Source of the DNA: Alphaproteobacteria bacterium
GTDB lineage: Bacteria; Myxococcota_A; UBA796; GCA-2862545
NCBI GenBank assembly: GCA_020632925.1
Contig: JACKER010000007.1
Location: 180,910 to 244,909 of the forward strand
DNA: 64,000 nt
Direction: 5' to 3'
The notes below the pieces were generated by a model. It saw nothing but the letters and a program-made list of their open reading frames with translations. It searched no databases and was not told the origin of the DNA. Each line of letters starts with the position of its first letter. Position 1 is the first letter of the stretch. Both the position numbers and the translations under genes were made by a program. Of this stretch, positions 34,574 to 43,515 are shown piece after piece.

Positions 34574-35638
34574 GTGACGACGCCGGAGCAGGCGTTCGCC
34601 AGCAGGGTGGAGGCGGCGACCGCGCTGTCCGACGAGCGGCGGTGGGAAGAGGCCGGGCGGGCGTGGATCGAGGCGGCCCGGGTCGCCGTCGACGGGCGCG
34701 CGCTGCCGTCCGCGCGGCAGGTGCTCGGCCTCGCGGGGGAGGCGTTCCGACGGGACGACCGTGTGGACGAGGCCGCGAAGGCGCTCCGCATGGCGCTGTC
34801 CTACGGTCCGGACCCCGTGGAGGCGGTCGGCCTCCAGGTGAGGCTCGCGGGGCTCTGCGCCGAGCTCGGCCGGGGCGACGAGGGGATCGATCGATGCGAG
34901 CGGGCGCGGGACGCCGCCAGCGGTCCGATGCTCGCGATGGTGCTCGACACGCTGGCAGGGCTCCTGCTGGCCTATCGGAGCAAGGCGGAGGCGCGCTCGG
35001 TGGTGGAGGCGCTGAGCGCGATCCCCGGGGACGCCGAGGTGGCGGCCGCGTTCCGGCGGGCCCAGCTCCTGCGCATGGACGGCGACCTCGGCGGGGCGCG
35101 GGCCGAGGCCCGGCGGGTGGTGCAGCTGCTGACCGGGCGTCCGAACGCCGAGTCCGGGCTGGCGGCGGCGCGGACCGAGCTCGCGGAGCTGGACCTGCTG
35201 GAGGGGCGGCCGCTGGTGGCGCTCGGCGCGTGCGAGGAGGCGCGCCGGGAGCACGAGGAGGCGGGACGGCGTGGCCTCGCGCTGCGCGCGGAGGCGGCGC
35301 GGGTCCGTGCGGCCGTGGAGGGAGGTCTCGAGGTCTTCCCAGGGCCGCTCCAGCAGGGCGCGCGGTTCGCGGAGGAGCGTGGTCTGCACGTGCTCCAGCT
35401 GGACCTGCGGCTCGCGGCGGGGGCGGCCATGTCGCGGCGCGATCCGGACGGCGCGCGGCTCGCCCTGCAGTCGGTGGTGCGTCAGGCCGAGGCCCTCGGG
35501 TCGAGGTTGCACGCCGGGCGGGCTCGCCTGCAGCTGCTGCCCCTCCTGGACGGCGAGGAGCGCGTCCGGGTGCGCGAACAGGCCCGGATCGATCTCGCGG
35601 ACCACCTGCCGCTGCTCGCGAGGGTGGAGGCGACGTGA
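34574..35638 (+). CDS. TPR-like repeat protein (hypothetical)
   Basis: Start GTG 34574. Alanine/leucine-rich helical repeats. The stop overlaps the hutD-like start. Confidence 0.55.
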   Translation: MTTPEQAFASRVEAATALSDERRWEEAGRAWIEAARVAVDGRALPSARQVLGLAGEAFRRDDRVDEAAKALRMALSYGPDPVEAVGLQVRLAGLCAELGRGDEGIDRCERARDAASGPMLAMVLDTLAGLLLAYRSKAEARSVVEALSAIPGDAEVAAAFRRAQLLRMDGDLGGARAEARRVVQLLTGRPNAESGLAAARTELAELDLLEGRPLVALGACEEARREHEEAGRRGLALRAEAARVRAAVEGGLEVFPGPLQQGARFAEERGLHVLQLDLRLAAGAAMSRRDPDGARLALQSVVRQAEALGSRLHAGRARLQLLPLLDGEERVRVREQARIDLADHLPLLARVEAT

Positions 35639-36174
35639 GGATCTGGGACGCGGCGCAGCGTCGCGAGGTCCCGTGGAAGAACGGCCGCGGGACGACCACC
35701 GAGCTCGCGGTCTGGCCCGAGGGAGGCAGCCTCGGCGCGGGCTTCGTCTGGCGGCTGTCGAGCGCGGCGGTCGTCGAGGACGGTCCGTTCTCGCGGTTCC
35801 CGGGGGTCGACCGGTTGTTGGTGCTGCTCGACGACGGAGAGCTGCGGCTCGCGCTGCCCGACGGCGAGCGGGTCCTCGACCGGCGCCACGCCATGGCGCG
35901 GTTCCCGGGGGACGCGGCGACGGAGGGACGGGTGCCGCGTGGACCCGTCCGCGACCTGAACCTCATGGTGGACCGTGGGCGCGCCGCCATCGGCGAGGCG
36001 CGGGTGGTGAGCCGCCCCACCGAGGTCGGCCCCGGGCTGCTCGTCGTGCTGGAGGGCGCGCTGGCGCTCGGCGGCGCCTCGCTCGCCCCGTTGGAGGCGG
36101 CCTGGCTGGACGCTGCGCAGGTCGCCACCGGCGAGGCCACGGTGCTGCTCGTCGATCTGACCGTTCGCGCGTGA
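35635..36174 (+). CDS. HutD/Ves family protein
   Basis: Start GTG 35635 overlaps the upstream stop (GTGA), with a GGTGGAGG Shine-Dalgarno. N-terminal motif VPWKNGRGTTTELAVWP is characteristic of HutD. Confidence 0.7.
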   Translation: MRIWDAAQRREVPWKNGRGTTTELAVWPEGGSLGAGFVWRLSSAAVVEDGPFSRFPGVDRLLVLLDDGELRLALPDGERVLDRRHAMARFPGDAATEGRVPRGPVRDLNLMVDRGRAAIGEARVVSRPTEVGPGLLVVLEGALALGGASLAPLEAAWLDAAQVATGEATVLLVDLTVRA

Positions 36175-36209
36175 GGCGTCCCCCGTTTACCTGAAGTGAT
36201 TTGTAGGGT

Positions 36210-36464
36210 ATGGTGTTGACGGTCCAACTTCGGACCGTCCTGGAGGACGCCGTGGCCCAGCCGCAGATCACCGAGATCGCCACCTACTTCGCCTCGCGCA
36301 TGCCCACCGAGGGCGTGCCGGAAGACCAGGCCCGCGAGGCCTGGCGCTCCAGCCTGCGCTACGCGCGCCAGACCGGCGCCATCGACCCGCTCACCCGCCT
36401 GATCGAGACGACGGAGCCCGAGGACACCACGCTCCGCGAGCACTGCGAGAAGCTTCGTACCTGA
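36210..36464 (+). CDS. Small hypothetical protein (84 aa)
   Basis: Natural composition. Preceded by a locally lower-GC stretch containing TTGACG. Confidence 0.4.
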   Translation: MVLTVQLRTVLEDAVAQPQITEIATYFASRMPTEGVPEDQAREAWRSSLRYARQTGAIDPLTRLIETTEPEDTTLREHCEKLRT

Positions 36465-36467
36465 GGG

Positions 36468-37295
36468 TCACACACCCCAGACGCGAGCGGCGACCTGGGC
36501 GACCGCACCACCGTCGCGGGAGTCCTCGGTCAGCACCTCGTCGGCGGCCTCGACCGCCCGCGGGTGGGCGTGCGCCACGGCGAACGAGCGGCCCGCCCGC
36601 TCGAGCATGGGCAGGTCGTTGACCCAGTCCCCGACGGCGACGACCTCGTCCACGGTGCATCCGTGCCAGGCGGCGATCCGCTCGATGGCCGTGCCCTTGT
36701 CCTCGCGTCGGCGCAGCTCCAGGAAGCCGTGACCGGTGAACGTCTGGAAGCGGACGGTGTGCAGGTCCTCGCCGAGCACCCCCTCGAGCGCCCGCAGCGC
36801 GTCGTCCACGCGCTCCACCGGTCCCGCGGCGCTCACCGCCACCACCTCGTCCGAGCTCCCCCAGGGAGCGCCGTCCCACACGTCGAGGTGCCGCGAGAGC
36901 TGCTCGGACCACACGCCGAGGTAGGGCGCGTGGTGGTCGTCGGTCCCGCCGTAGTGGATGGTGCGCGACTCGAACAGGAAGGGCGAGAGCCCGTGCTCGT
37001 ACAGCACGCGGCGGATCGCCCCGTGCGAGGTGGGGTGGACGTAGGCCCCGAACACGCGCTCGCCCGTGCGCGCATCCAGCAGCTCGCACCCGTTCATGAC
37101 CGCGACCGGTCCCTCCACCCCGAGCGCGTCGGCCACCCACTTCGTGCCCGGGAAGATGCGCCCGGTGGCGATCGTCACCCGGACACCGGCGTCCGCCAGC
37201 CGCCGCGCCGCCAGCACGTCCTGCTCGGCGAGCTTGCGGTCGGCCGTCAGCGTCGTCCCGTCGAGGTCCAGCACCAGCAGCTTGGGGGAGGTCAC
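36468..37295 (-). CDS. Cof-type HAD-IIB family hydrolase (sugar-phosphatase-like)
   Basis: Start GTG 37295 preceded by AGGAGGG. HAD motif I LVLDLDGTT, GDWVNDLPM (motif IV) and the Cof-family pattern. The upstream in-frame extension is Arg/Pro-rich and looks artefactual. Confidence 0.8.
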   Translation of the reverse strand: MTSPKLLVLDLDGTTLTADRKLAEQDVLAARRLADAGVRVTIATGRIFPGTKWVADALGVEGPVAVMNGCELLDARTGERVFGAYVHPTSHGAIRRVLYEHGLSPFLFESRTIHYGGTDDHHAPYLGVWSEQLSRHLDVWDGAPWGSSDEVVAVSAAGPVERVDDALRALEGVLGEDLHTVRFQTFTGHGFLELRRREDKGTAIERIAAWHGCTVDEVVAVGDWVNDLPMLERAGRSFAVAHAHPRAVEAADEVLTEDSRDGGAVAQVAARVWGV

Positions 37296-37342
37296 GGTCC
37301 CTCCTAGCGCGGACGACACCGCCGCGCGCGCGGAGGTAGCAT

Positions 37343-37873
37343 GTGGACATGGGTCGGACGGACGAGCGCACGCTGCGGAGGCGGCTGGAGCGGGTGGAAG
37401 CCCTCCACGCCGGCGCCACGACGTCGGGCGAGCGCGAGGCGGCCGCGCGGGCACGCGAGCGCCTGCTCGATCGGATCGCCGTCGTCCGCGCGAACGACCC
37501 GGTGGCCCGCTTCTGTGCCGAGCACGTGGCCGCGTTGGGCGTCGCCCCGGCGCCTCCCCACCCGCCGGCAGCCATCCCGAGCGTCGACGAGGTGCTGCTC
37601 GTGCTGGACCGCTGGGCCTGGGGCACCTGGGATCGGCGCGCCGTGCATGCCTGGGCGGCGGCCGTCGTGGACCGCGTGACCCTCCCCGACGACCCCGGCG
37701 ACGCCGGCTCCGTGGTGGCGGAGGTGCTCCTGCAGCTCGCCTCCCTGCACCTCGTGCGCCTGTCGCAGCGCGATCTGCCACGCGTCCGCGACTTCCTCCT
37801 GGGCGGCGACTGGACGGCGTGGTTCGCGCTCGTCGAGGAGGCATCGTCGCGCCGCGCGCGCCGCGCTGGCTGA
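37343..37873 (+). CDS. Hypothetical protein
   Basis: GGAGG 6 nt upstream of GTG 37343. Natural composition. No motif recognised. Confidence 0.45.
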   Translation: MDMGRTDERTLRRRLERVEALHAGATTSGEREAAARARERLLDRIAVVRANDPVARFCAEHVAALGVAPAPPHPPAAIPSVDEVLLVLDRWAWGTWDRRAVHAWAAAVVDRVTLPDDPGDAGSVVAEVLLQLASLHLVRLSQRDLPRVRDFLLGGDWTAWFALVEEASSRRARRAG

Positions 37874-37906
37874 TCGGGTTATGCGGCGGCCTTCGGAGGG
37901 TGGACG

Positions 37907-38233
37907 ATGGCGGAGCTGATGATCGAGGAGGTGGAGGTCGGCACCGGGCCCACGGCGGCGCCGGGGCATCGGGTGAGCGTGCACTACACGGGCTGGCTCG
38001 TGGACGGCAAGAAGTTCGACTCCTCGCACGATCGCGGCACCCCGTTCCGCTTCGAGCTCGGCCGCGGCCAGGTCATCAAGGGCTGGGACCAGGGCGTCGC
38101 CGGCATGAAGGTGGGCGGCAAGCGCAAGCTGACCATCCCGCCCGAGCTGGGGTACGGCGCGCGCGGCTTCCCGGGCGCCATCCCGCCGAACGCCACCCTG
38201 GTCTTCGACGTCGAGCTGGTCGCCATCGGCTGA
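37907..38233 (+). CDS. FKBP-type peptidyl-prolyl cis-trans isomerase
   Basis: Full FKBP domain: [16 protein letters not shown]...[31 protein letters not shown]...LVFDVELV. Confidence 0.93.
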   Translation: MAELMIEEVEVGTGPTAAPGHRVSVHYTGWLVDGKKFDSSHDRGTPFRFELGRGQVIKGWDQGVAGMKVGGKRKLTIPPELGYGARGFPGAIPPNATLVFDVELVAIG

Positions 38234-38301
38234 CGTTCGAGCGCCGATTGTCCCACCAGGTCGCGAATGCTGCTACGATGAGTGGACGGAGGGCGTCCAT
38301 C

Positions 38302-39234
38302 ATGCGGGCGGCGTTCGTGCTCCTCTCCCTCACGGCTTGCGAAGCGTTCCCAGCGGGTGACGCCGACGCAGAGTTCGAGCTGGTGGACGCCATCGCGCCC
38401 GCCACGGACCCCGAGCCCGTCGCGGACGATGCCGCCGTCGCGGTGCTCGAGCGGTGGCTCCCATCCCGGTCCGAGGACGCGGGGCTCCGCACCCTCGTCG
38501 ACGCCGAGCTCCGGACGCCGCGCGCTCGGCGCATCGGGGAGCGCGCCGTGCAGACGGTGCACGAGCTCTCCGCGATCCGGGCGCTCATCGTCGAGCGCGG
38601 GATGCCCGACCTGTTCGTCGGCATCCCGTACTGGGAGAGCTACCTCGAGGACGAGGCGGTGAGCCGTTCGTGCGCGGCCGGTCCCTGGCAGCTCATGCCC
38701 GAGACCGCGGTCGAGCTCGGCCTGCAGGTCGAGGGCTGCCAGATCGGGGACGCGACGTGGTCGCCGCATGTGGGCGACGTCGCCAGCGCCGCGAGCCCGT
38801 ACCGCGGGTCGAGCTGCCGGATCGCGTCCTGCGAGGTCGACGAGCGCACGGATCTCTCGCGCTCGACGCAGGGGGCGCTCGAGCTGCTGTCGCGGATGTG
38901 GGAGGCGCCCGACGTGGCGGCGAGCCCCGATCGCGCGGGCCTCGTGGTCCTGGCGTACAACACCGGGCTCGGCGCCGTGCGCAACCGCGTCGCGCGCGTC
39001 GAGGACGCCTGGCAGGACGTGGTGCGTTGCGCCGCCGATGGCGGATGCACCGGCTTCTCCGCGCAGGCCGCCCGGTACGTCCCGGGCGTGCTCGCGTCGA
39101 CGGCGATCGTGACCTGCGCCGCGGCCGAGGTCCCGGGCACGCGCTTCGCCGACGAGCGCGAGACCAGCGTCTGCCGGGCGCTGCGCGACGAGGGCCTGGT
39201 GGCCGACGCCGAGGTCCCGCTCCACCAGGGCTGA
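38302..39234 (+). CDS. Lytic transglycosylase (SLT/GH23 domain) lipoprotein
   Basis: N-terminus MRAAFVLLSLTAC (lipobox), with GGAGGG 9 nt upstream. SLT motifs GIPYWESYL, GPWQLMPETA and LAYNTGLGAV. ATG 38278 is an alternative start. Confidence 0.75.
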   Translation: MRAAFVLLSLTACEAFPAGDADAEFELVDAIAPATDPEPVADDAAVAVLERWLPSRSEDAGLRTLVDAELRTPRARRIGERAVQTVHELSAIRALIVERGMPDLFVGIPYWESYLEDEAVSRSCAAGPWQLMPETAVELGLQVEGCQIGDATWSPHVGDVASAASPYRGSSCRIASCEVDERTDLSRSTQGALELLSRMWEAPDVAASPDRAGLVVLAYNTGLGAVRNRVARVEDAWQDVVRCAADGGCTGFSAQAARYVPGVLASTAIVTCAAAEVPGTRFADERETSVCRALRDEGLVADAEVPLHQG

Positions 39235-39268
39235 GGGCTCCGCGGAGACGGCGTGGTAGGAGGGGCGG

Positions 39269-39904
39269 ATGGCCCAGATCACCGTCGCCGAACACCCGCT
39301 CCTCGACCTGCGCGCGTTCCGCGCCAGCTGGCCCGACGCGCTCGGGGCCATGGGCCCGCCCGCGTGGCTCGACGCGCTGGTGACCCCCGAGCCGGTGACC
39401 CCGCTCGCCGCACCCGACCAGGGCGCCACCGACGCCGTCCGCGCCATGCTGCGGCACGGCGGCTTCAAGCCCTCGGGGCGGAGCAAGCCCTGCAACGAGT
39501 ACATCCGCAGGGTCGCAGGGGAGGGGACGTTCCCCAGGATCTCGCCGGTGGTGGACCTGACGAACCTGGCGGCCCTGCACGGCGGGTTGCCCGTCTCCAC
39601 GGTCGATCCGGACCGGCTGACGGAACCGCTGCGCGTCGAGGTGGCGGTCAGCGGTGCCTCCTACGTCTTCAACGCGTCGGGCCAGACCATCGATCTGGGT
39701 GGCCTGATCTGCCTGCACGACGCCGAAGGGCCCTGCGCGAACGCGGTCAAGGACGCGCAGCGCGCGAAGACGACGCCGGACTCGCGGCGGACGCTGACGT
39801 TGATCTGGGGCACGCGAGCGCTCGCCGGGCGTGCGGACGCGCTGCTCGACTGGCACGTGGAGATGGCGCGTCGCCTCGGCGGCGCGGTGGAGGTGATCGC
39901 GTGA
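39269..39904 (+). CDS. B3/4 domain-containing protein (PheT-related tRNA-binding fold), tentative
   Basis: About 210 aa. Pattern ...HGGFKPSGRSKPCNEYIRR...DLTNLAALHGGLPVS... fits stand-alone B3/4 proteins. Stop overlaps the next start. Confidence 0.5.
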   Translation: MAQITVAEHPLLDLRAFRASWPDALGAMGPPAWLDALVTPEPVTPLAAPDQGATDAVRAMLRHGGFKPSGRSKPCNEYIRRVAGEGTFPRISPVVDLTNLAALHGGLPVSTVDPDRLTEPLRVEVAVSGASYVFNASGQTIDLGGLICLHDAEGPCANAVKDAQRAKTTPDSRRTLTLIWGTRALAGRADALLDWHVEMARRLGGAVEVIA

Positions 39905-41211
39905 TCGTGCTGACGCTCCTCGCCTGCAAGGGCGCCACCGGGGACGGGCCGACCGACGCCGGCCCGACGATGCCGGATCTGCCCGCGCCCTCCTGCCTGT
40001 CGCACAGCTACCTCCCGCTGGACGACATGGGTGAGCTGGTCGTGACCCAGGCCGCACCAGAGCTCTCGTTCGATCCCGCAGGGGTGGACGGGCTCGTCGA
40101 GCTGCTCGGAGCGCCCGAGCTCGCTCCGGTGAGCTACGGCGTCGACACCTGGCGCATCCGCTACGTCACGCAGGACCGCGGGCAGCGCGTCGAGGCCACC
40201 GCGGCCGTGATCGTCCCGCGGCTGGCGCAGCCGGGGCCCGCTCCGCTGCTGATGTGGGAGCACTTCACGAGCGGCGCGACCGACATCTGCGCGCCGTCGG
40301 CGATGGGCGCCCTCGGGCTCGGGCTCCCGCTCGCCTGGGCCGCGAAGCTCGGCGTGGTCGTCGTGGCGCCGGACTACCTCGGGATGAACGGGCTCGGTGC
40401 GCCCGCCGAGCAGCTCCACCCCTACGTCGTGGGGGAGCCGACCGCGATCGCGAGCCTGGACGCCGCGCGCGCGACCCTGCGGTTGGCGGACGAGCAGGGC
40501 CTGTCGGTGACGCCCGACCCCTCGCGGACGGTGGTGTGGGGCGCCAGCCAGGGCGGGCACGCCGCGCTCTGGGTGGATCGGTACGCGCCGGGGTACGCGC
40601 CCGAGCTCACCGTGCTGGGCGTGGTGGCGGCGGTGCCACCTTCGGACATGGTCGCCCTCGCCGACCGCGGGCTCGGTTCCTGGAACGACACCTCGGAGAC
40701 CCTGGTCGCCGTGTCCACCGCCCTGGCGGACTGGTACGGGTTGGACATCGACGAGGCGCTGGTCCCCGGCCTGTCGGACGCGGTGCTCGAGGAGCTGGCG
40801 ACCACCTGCAACGTGCTCGATCCGGCGAACGATCTGGACACCCTCGAGGAGGTGTTCACGCCCGGGTTCCTGGCGGCGCCGGGGCTGTGGGACGAGGCCT
40901 ACCCGGACTGGGGGTGCGCGCTCGAGGCGGATACCGTGCGGCTCTCGCCCATCCCGCGGACCAGCGGAGCCCCGGTGATGATGGTGCTCGGCGAGGACGA
41001 CACGCTCGCCTGGTCGCCGCCGGCGCGCGCGGACGCGGAGGCGTTCTGCGCCCAGGGCATGGCGATCGAGCTCGTGGAGTGCTCCGGCCTCGATCACGAG
41101 GACGCAGCGCTCAGCACGCTCGACGCCCAGGCGGCCTTCATCGCGGACCGGCTGGCGGGGGTGCCGATGAGCGCTGCCTGTACGCTGCCGCCCCCCACGA
41201 GCTGCCCGTGA
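39901..41211 (+). CDS. Secreted lipase-like alpha/beta hydrolase lipoprotein
   Basis: Start GTG 39901 (GTGA overlap). N-terminus VIVLTLLAC (lipobox). GxSxG WGASQGGHAAL. Architecture resembles a secretory lipase. Confidence 0.7.
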   Translation: MIVLTLLACKGATGDGPTDAGPTMPDLPAPSCLSHSYLPLDDMGELVVTQAAPELSFDPAGVDGLVELLGAPELAPVSYGVDTWRIRYVTQDRGQRVEATAAVIVPRLAQPGPAPLLMWEHFTSGATDICAPSAMGALGLGLPLAWAAKLGVVVVAPDYLGMNGLGAPAEQLHPYVVGEPTAIASLDAARATLRLADEQGLSVTPDPSRTVVWGASQGGHAALWVDRYAPGYAPELTVLGVVAAVPPSDMVALADRGLGSWNDTSETLVAVSTALADWYGLDIDEALVPGLSDAVLEELATTCNVLDPANDLDTLEEVFTPGFLAAPGLWDEAYPDWGCALEADTVRLSPIPRTSGAPVMMVLGEDDTLAWSPPARADAEAFCAQGMAIELVECSGLDHEDAALSTLDAQAAFIADRLAGVPMSAACTLPPPTSCP

Positions 41212-41978
41212 GGCGCTGGGTCCTCGGGATCACGGCGACGGCCTCGCTTGCCTGCGGCGGTCTGTTCGTGGACGCGACCGGGGTAGCACAGCTGGAGGAG
41301 GCGCTGCACGCGGTGTCGCCGGAGCAGTCGGTGACCCTGCTCTACGCGGGTGCGGCGGAGTCGATGGTCAACCCGCGCTGCGCGACCGCCCTGGCCGCCG
41401 TCGGCTCCTTCGATGCGTCCCAGCGGTCCGTCGTGCTGGCGCACGCGATGACGGACGCGACGATGTTCTGCCCGAAGACCTGCGCGGCCGACATCCTCGA
41501 GGAGCTGGCGCACCTCGCCCCGCAGGACCGGATGGCGCGGGTGGTGGAGCACTGCGGCGAGCCGGATCCGTTCGGTGGCGTGCTCGCGCCGCTGCGCGAC
41601 GAGGCCGCCCCGGTCGAGTACCTCATGGTGCGGCGGCTGGTGGAGGACGCGACGGCCGTGTCGCCGACGTTCTCCGAGGTGGTCCCGACGCTCGCGATCG
41701 GCCTGGCCCTGGACGGCGCACCCCCGCTCGAGCCCACGCAGCGGCTGCTCGTGGGCGGTACGCACGAGGTCGAGAAGGCCCCCTTCGAGGCCCTGGCGAC
41801 GCAGGTCCGCGCGTGCCCGGTCCCCGCGCTCGCCCACCGGATGATCCTGGACCCCGAGGGCCAGGTGGTCGCTGTCGGCGGGGACGCGTGCGCGGCCGCG
41901 GCGCTGCAGGCGATGAAGCTCCCCGGCGACGGGAAGTGGGCGGTGGTCGACGTGACCTGGCAGGTGCCCGCCGAGTGA
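41208..41978 (+). CDS. Hypothetical lipoprotein
   Basis: Start GTG 41208 (GTGA overlap). N-terminus VRRWVLGITATASLAC (lipobox). Cys-containing with natural composition. Confidence 0.55.
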   Translation: MRRWVLGITATASLACGGLFVDATGVAQLEEALHAVSPEQSVTLLYAGAAESMVNPRCATALAAVGSFDASQRSVVLAHAMTDATMFCPKTCAADILEELAHLAPQDRMARVVEHCGEPDPFGGVLAPLRDEAAPVEYLMVRRLVEDATAVSPTFSEVVPTLAIGLALDGAPPLEPTQRLLVGGTHEVEKAPFEALATQVRACPVPALAHRMILDPEGQVVAVGGDACAAAALQAMKLPGDGKWAVVDVTWQVPAE

Positions 41979-42000
41979 GCGCACCGCTCACCTTGAGCCC

Positions 42001-42447
42001 CTACGGCCTGGAGATCCGCTCGAAGGCGGCGCGCAGGCCGGCGGGCATGGCCACCCGCTGGAAGCTCTTCGGGTCGACGAAGACGTGCACCACGCTCCCG
42101 ACGACCGCCGGGCCGCTCGGGCCGGTCACGCGGTACCCCAGGCGGACGCGGTCCGCCGTGACGTCGGCCTGCACCATCGCCACCCGGATGGCGTCGCCGA
42201 ACCGCAGGGGCGCGAGGTAGTCGGCGTCGGCGTGCGCGAGCGGGGCGATGGTGCCCCCGCGGAGCTGCTCCGGCAGCGGGAAGCCGGCGTCCTCCAGGAA
42301 CGCCACGTACAGCTCGTGGAACCACTCGAACACGCGGCCGAAGAACACGATCCCCGCGGCGTCCACGTGGTGGAAGGGGACCTGCTGGTCGCGGCCGAAG
42401 CCTTCGGGCGCCTCGATCAGCGCCCGTCGGGAGAACGCGTCGGTCAC
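42001..42447 (-). CDS. Acyl-CoA thioesterase, hotdog fold (4HBT/YbgC-like)
   Basis: 148 aa. Pattern PFHHVDAAGIVFFGRVFEWFHE...RFGD. Start GTG 42447 overlaps the aldolase stop (GTGA). Confidence 0.7.
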   Translation of the reverse strand: MTDAFSRRALIEAPEGFGRDQQVPFHHVDAAGIVFFGRVFEWFHELYVAFLEDAGFPLPEQLRGGTIAPLAHADADYLAPLRFGDAIRVAMVQADVTADRVRLGYRVTGPSGPAVVGSVVHVFVDPKSFQRVAMPAGLRAAFERISRP

Positions 42448-43430
42448 TTGCCGGCCGCCAGCTCGCCCACCGGGCGGTGGTGACGGGAGCGGGGGCGCTT
42501 GCTCGTGAGCAGGCGATAGAACTCCAGGACCGTGCGCTCGTCGTCGTGCATCTGCGCGATCGCGTCCTTCGGGTGGTCGTTGAGCCAGCCGGCGATCGCG
42601 TAGGGCACGTGGTACCCGAAGCGCAGCTCCTGCTGGAGCTCGGCGTACTGCTCGACCAACTCCAGCACGGGCTCCACGTGGTACCGCGGGCTGTCGAGCC
42701 ACATCAGCAGCAGCTCGAGCGGGCAGTTCCCAGCGCCGCGGCCGATGCCGAGCATGGTGGCGTCCACCAGGGTCGCGCCCTCCTCGACGGCCACGATCGT
42801 GTTCGCGAAGGCGGTCTGCTGGTTGTTGTGGCAGTGGATGCCCAGGCGCTGCTCGGGCCGCAGCCAGTTCTTGTACTTGCGGACGAGGTACCGCACGTGG
42901 TGCGGGTAGAGCGCGCCGTAGCTGTCGACCAGCGCGACGTTGGGGATGGTCGAGTCGTGCAGGAGCCCGAGGAAGTGGTCGACCTCCTGGGGGGTGCACG
43001 TCGACACGGCCATCACGTTGCACATGACCTCGTAGCCCTTGTCCTGGGCCTCGTGCAGCGTGCGGATGGCGGCCTCGGTGTCCCTCGCGTAGCAGGCGAG
43101 GCGGACCAGCCCGATGGGCGAGTCGCTGCGCGGGCGCAGGTCGGCGGCGCTGGCGCGTCCGTGGTCCATCATCACCGCGAGCTTGATGTGCGTGTCCTCG
43201 ACGAGCCGAAAGAGCACGTCGTCGTCGCAGAAGCGCCACGGGCCGCAGGTGTCGCGGCTCGCGCAGCTCTCGCTCGTCCGGTACCCGATCTCCATCCAGT
43301 CCACGCCCGCCCGCGACAGCGCCTGCAACGTCCGGCGCACCAGCGGCTCGTCGAACTGCCACTCGTTGCAGCAGCCTCCGTCGCGGATCGAGCAGTCCAG
43401 CACGCGCACGTCGTGCCGGCGGTCGGTCAT
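42444..43430 (-). CDS. DRE-TIM metallolyase (HMG-CoA lyase / 4-hydroxy-2-oxovalerate aldolase-like)
   Basis: VRVLDCSIRDGG (DxxxRDG-type), HCHNNQQTAFANTIVAVEEGATLVDATMLGIGRGAGNCPLE (HxH...GERAGN-like). Confidence 0.75.
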   Translation of the reverse strand: MTDRRHDVRVLDCSIRDGGCCNEWQFDEPLVRRTLQALSRAGVDWMEIGYRTSESCASRDTCGPWRFCDDDVLFRLVEDTHIKLAVMMDHGRASAADLRPRSDSPIGLVRLACYARDTEAAIRTLHEAQDKGYEVMCNVMAVSTCTPQEVDHFLGLLHDSTIPNVALVDSYGALYPHHVRYLVRKYKNWLRPEQRLGIHCHNNQQTAFANTIVAVEEGATLVDATMLGIGRGAGNCPLELLLMWLDSPRYHVEPVLELVEQYAELQQELRFGYHVPYAIAGWLNDHPKDAIAQMHDDERTVLEFYRLLTSKRPRSRHHRPVGELAAGK

Positions 43431-43515
43431 CAGCCCGTCCGGGCAGCACGACACGCGGTAGTCGAGACCCACGGCGACCTCCAGGGGCGCGCCGTAACAT
43501 GGCGGCGGAGGGCAG

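Noticed and set aside
36175-36240. Possible sigma-70-like promoter elements (TTGACG ... ) before 36210, and TTGTCC...TACGAT before 38278
   Set aside because: Hexamer matches are weak and spacing ambiguous. In a 70% GC myxobacterial genome many promoters use alternative sigma factors, so these cannot be supported from sequence alone.
37066-38277. Upstream 400 codons of +ORF 37066..39234
   Set aside because: Overlaps, on the same strand, the HAD hydrolase antisense region, the hypothetical gene 37343..37873 and the FKBP gene (different frames). Composition poly-R/A/G. The real lipoprotein starts at 38302 (or 38278) with a signal peptide and lipobox.
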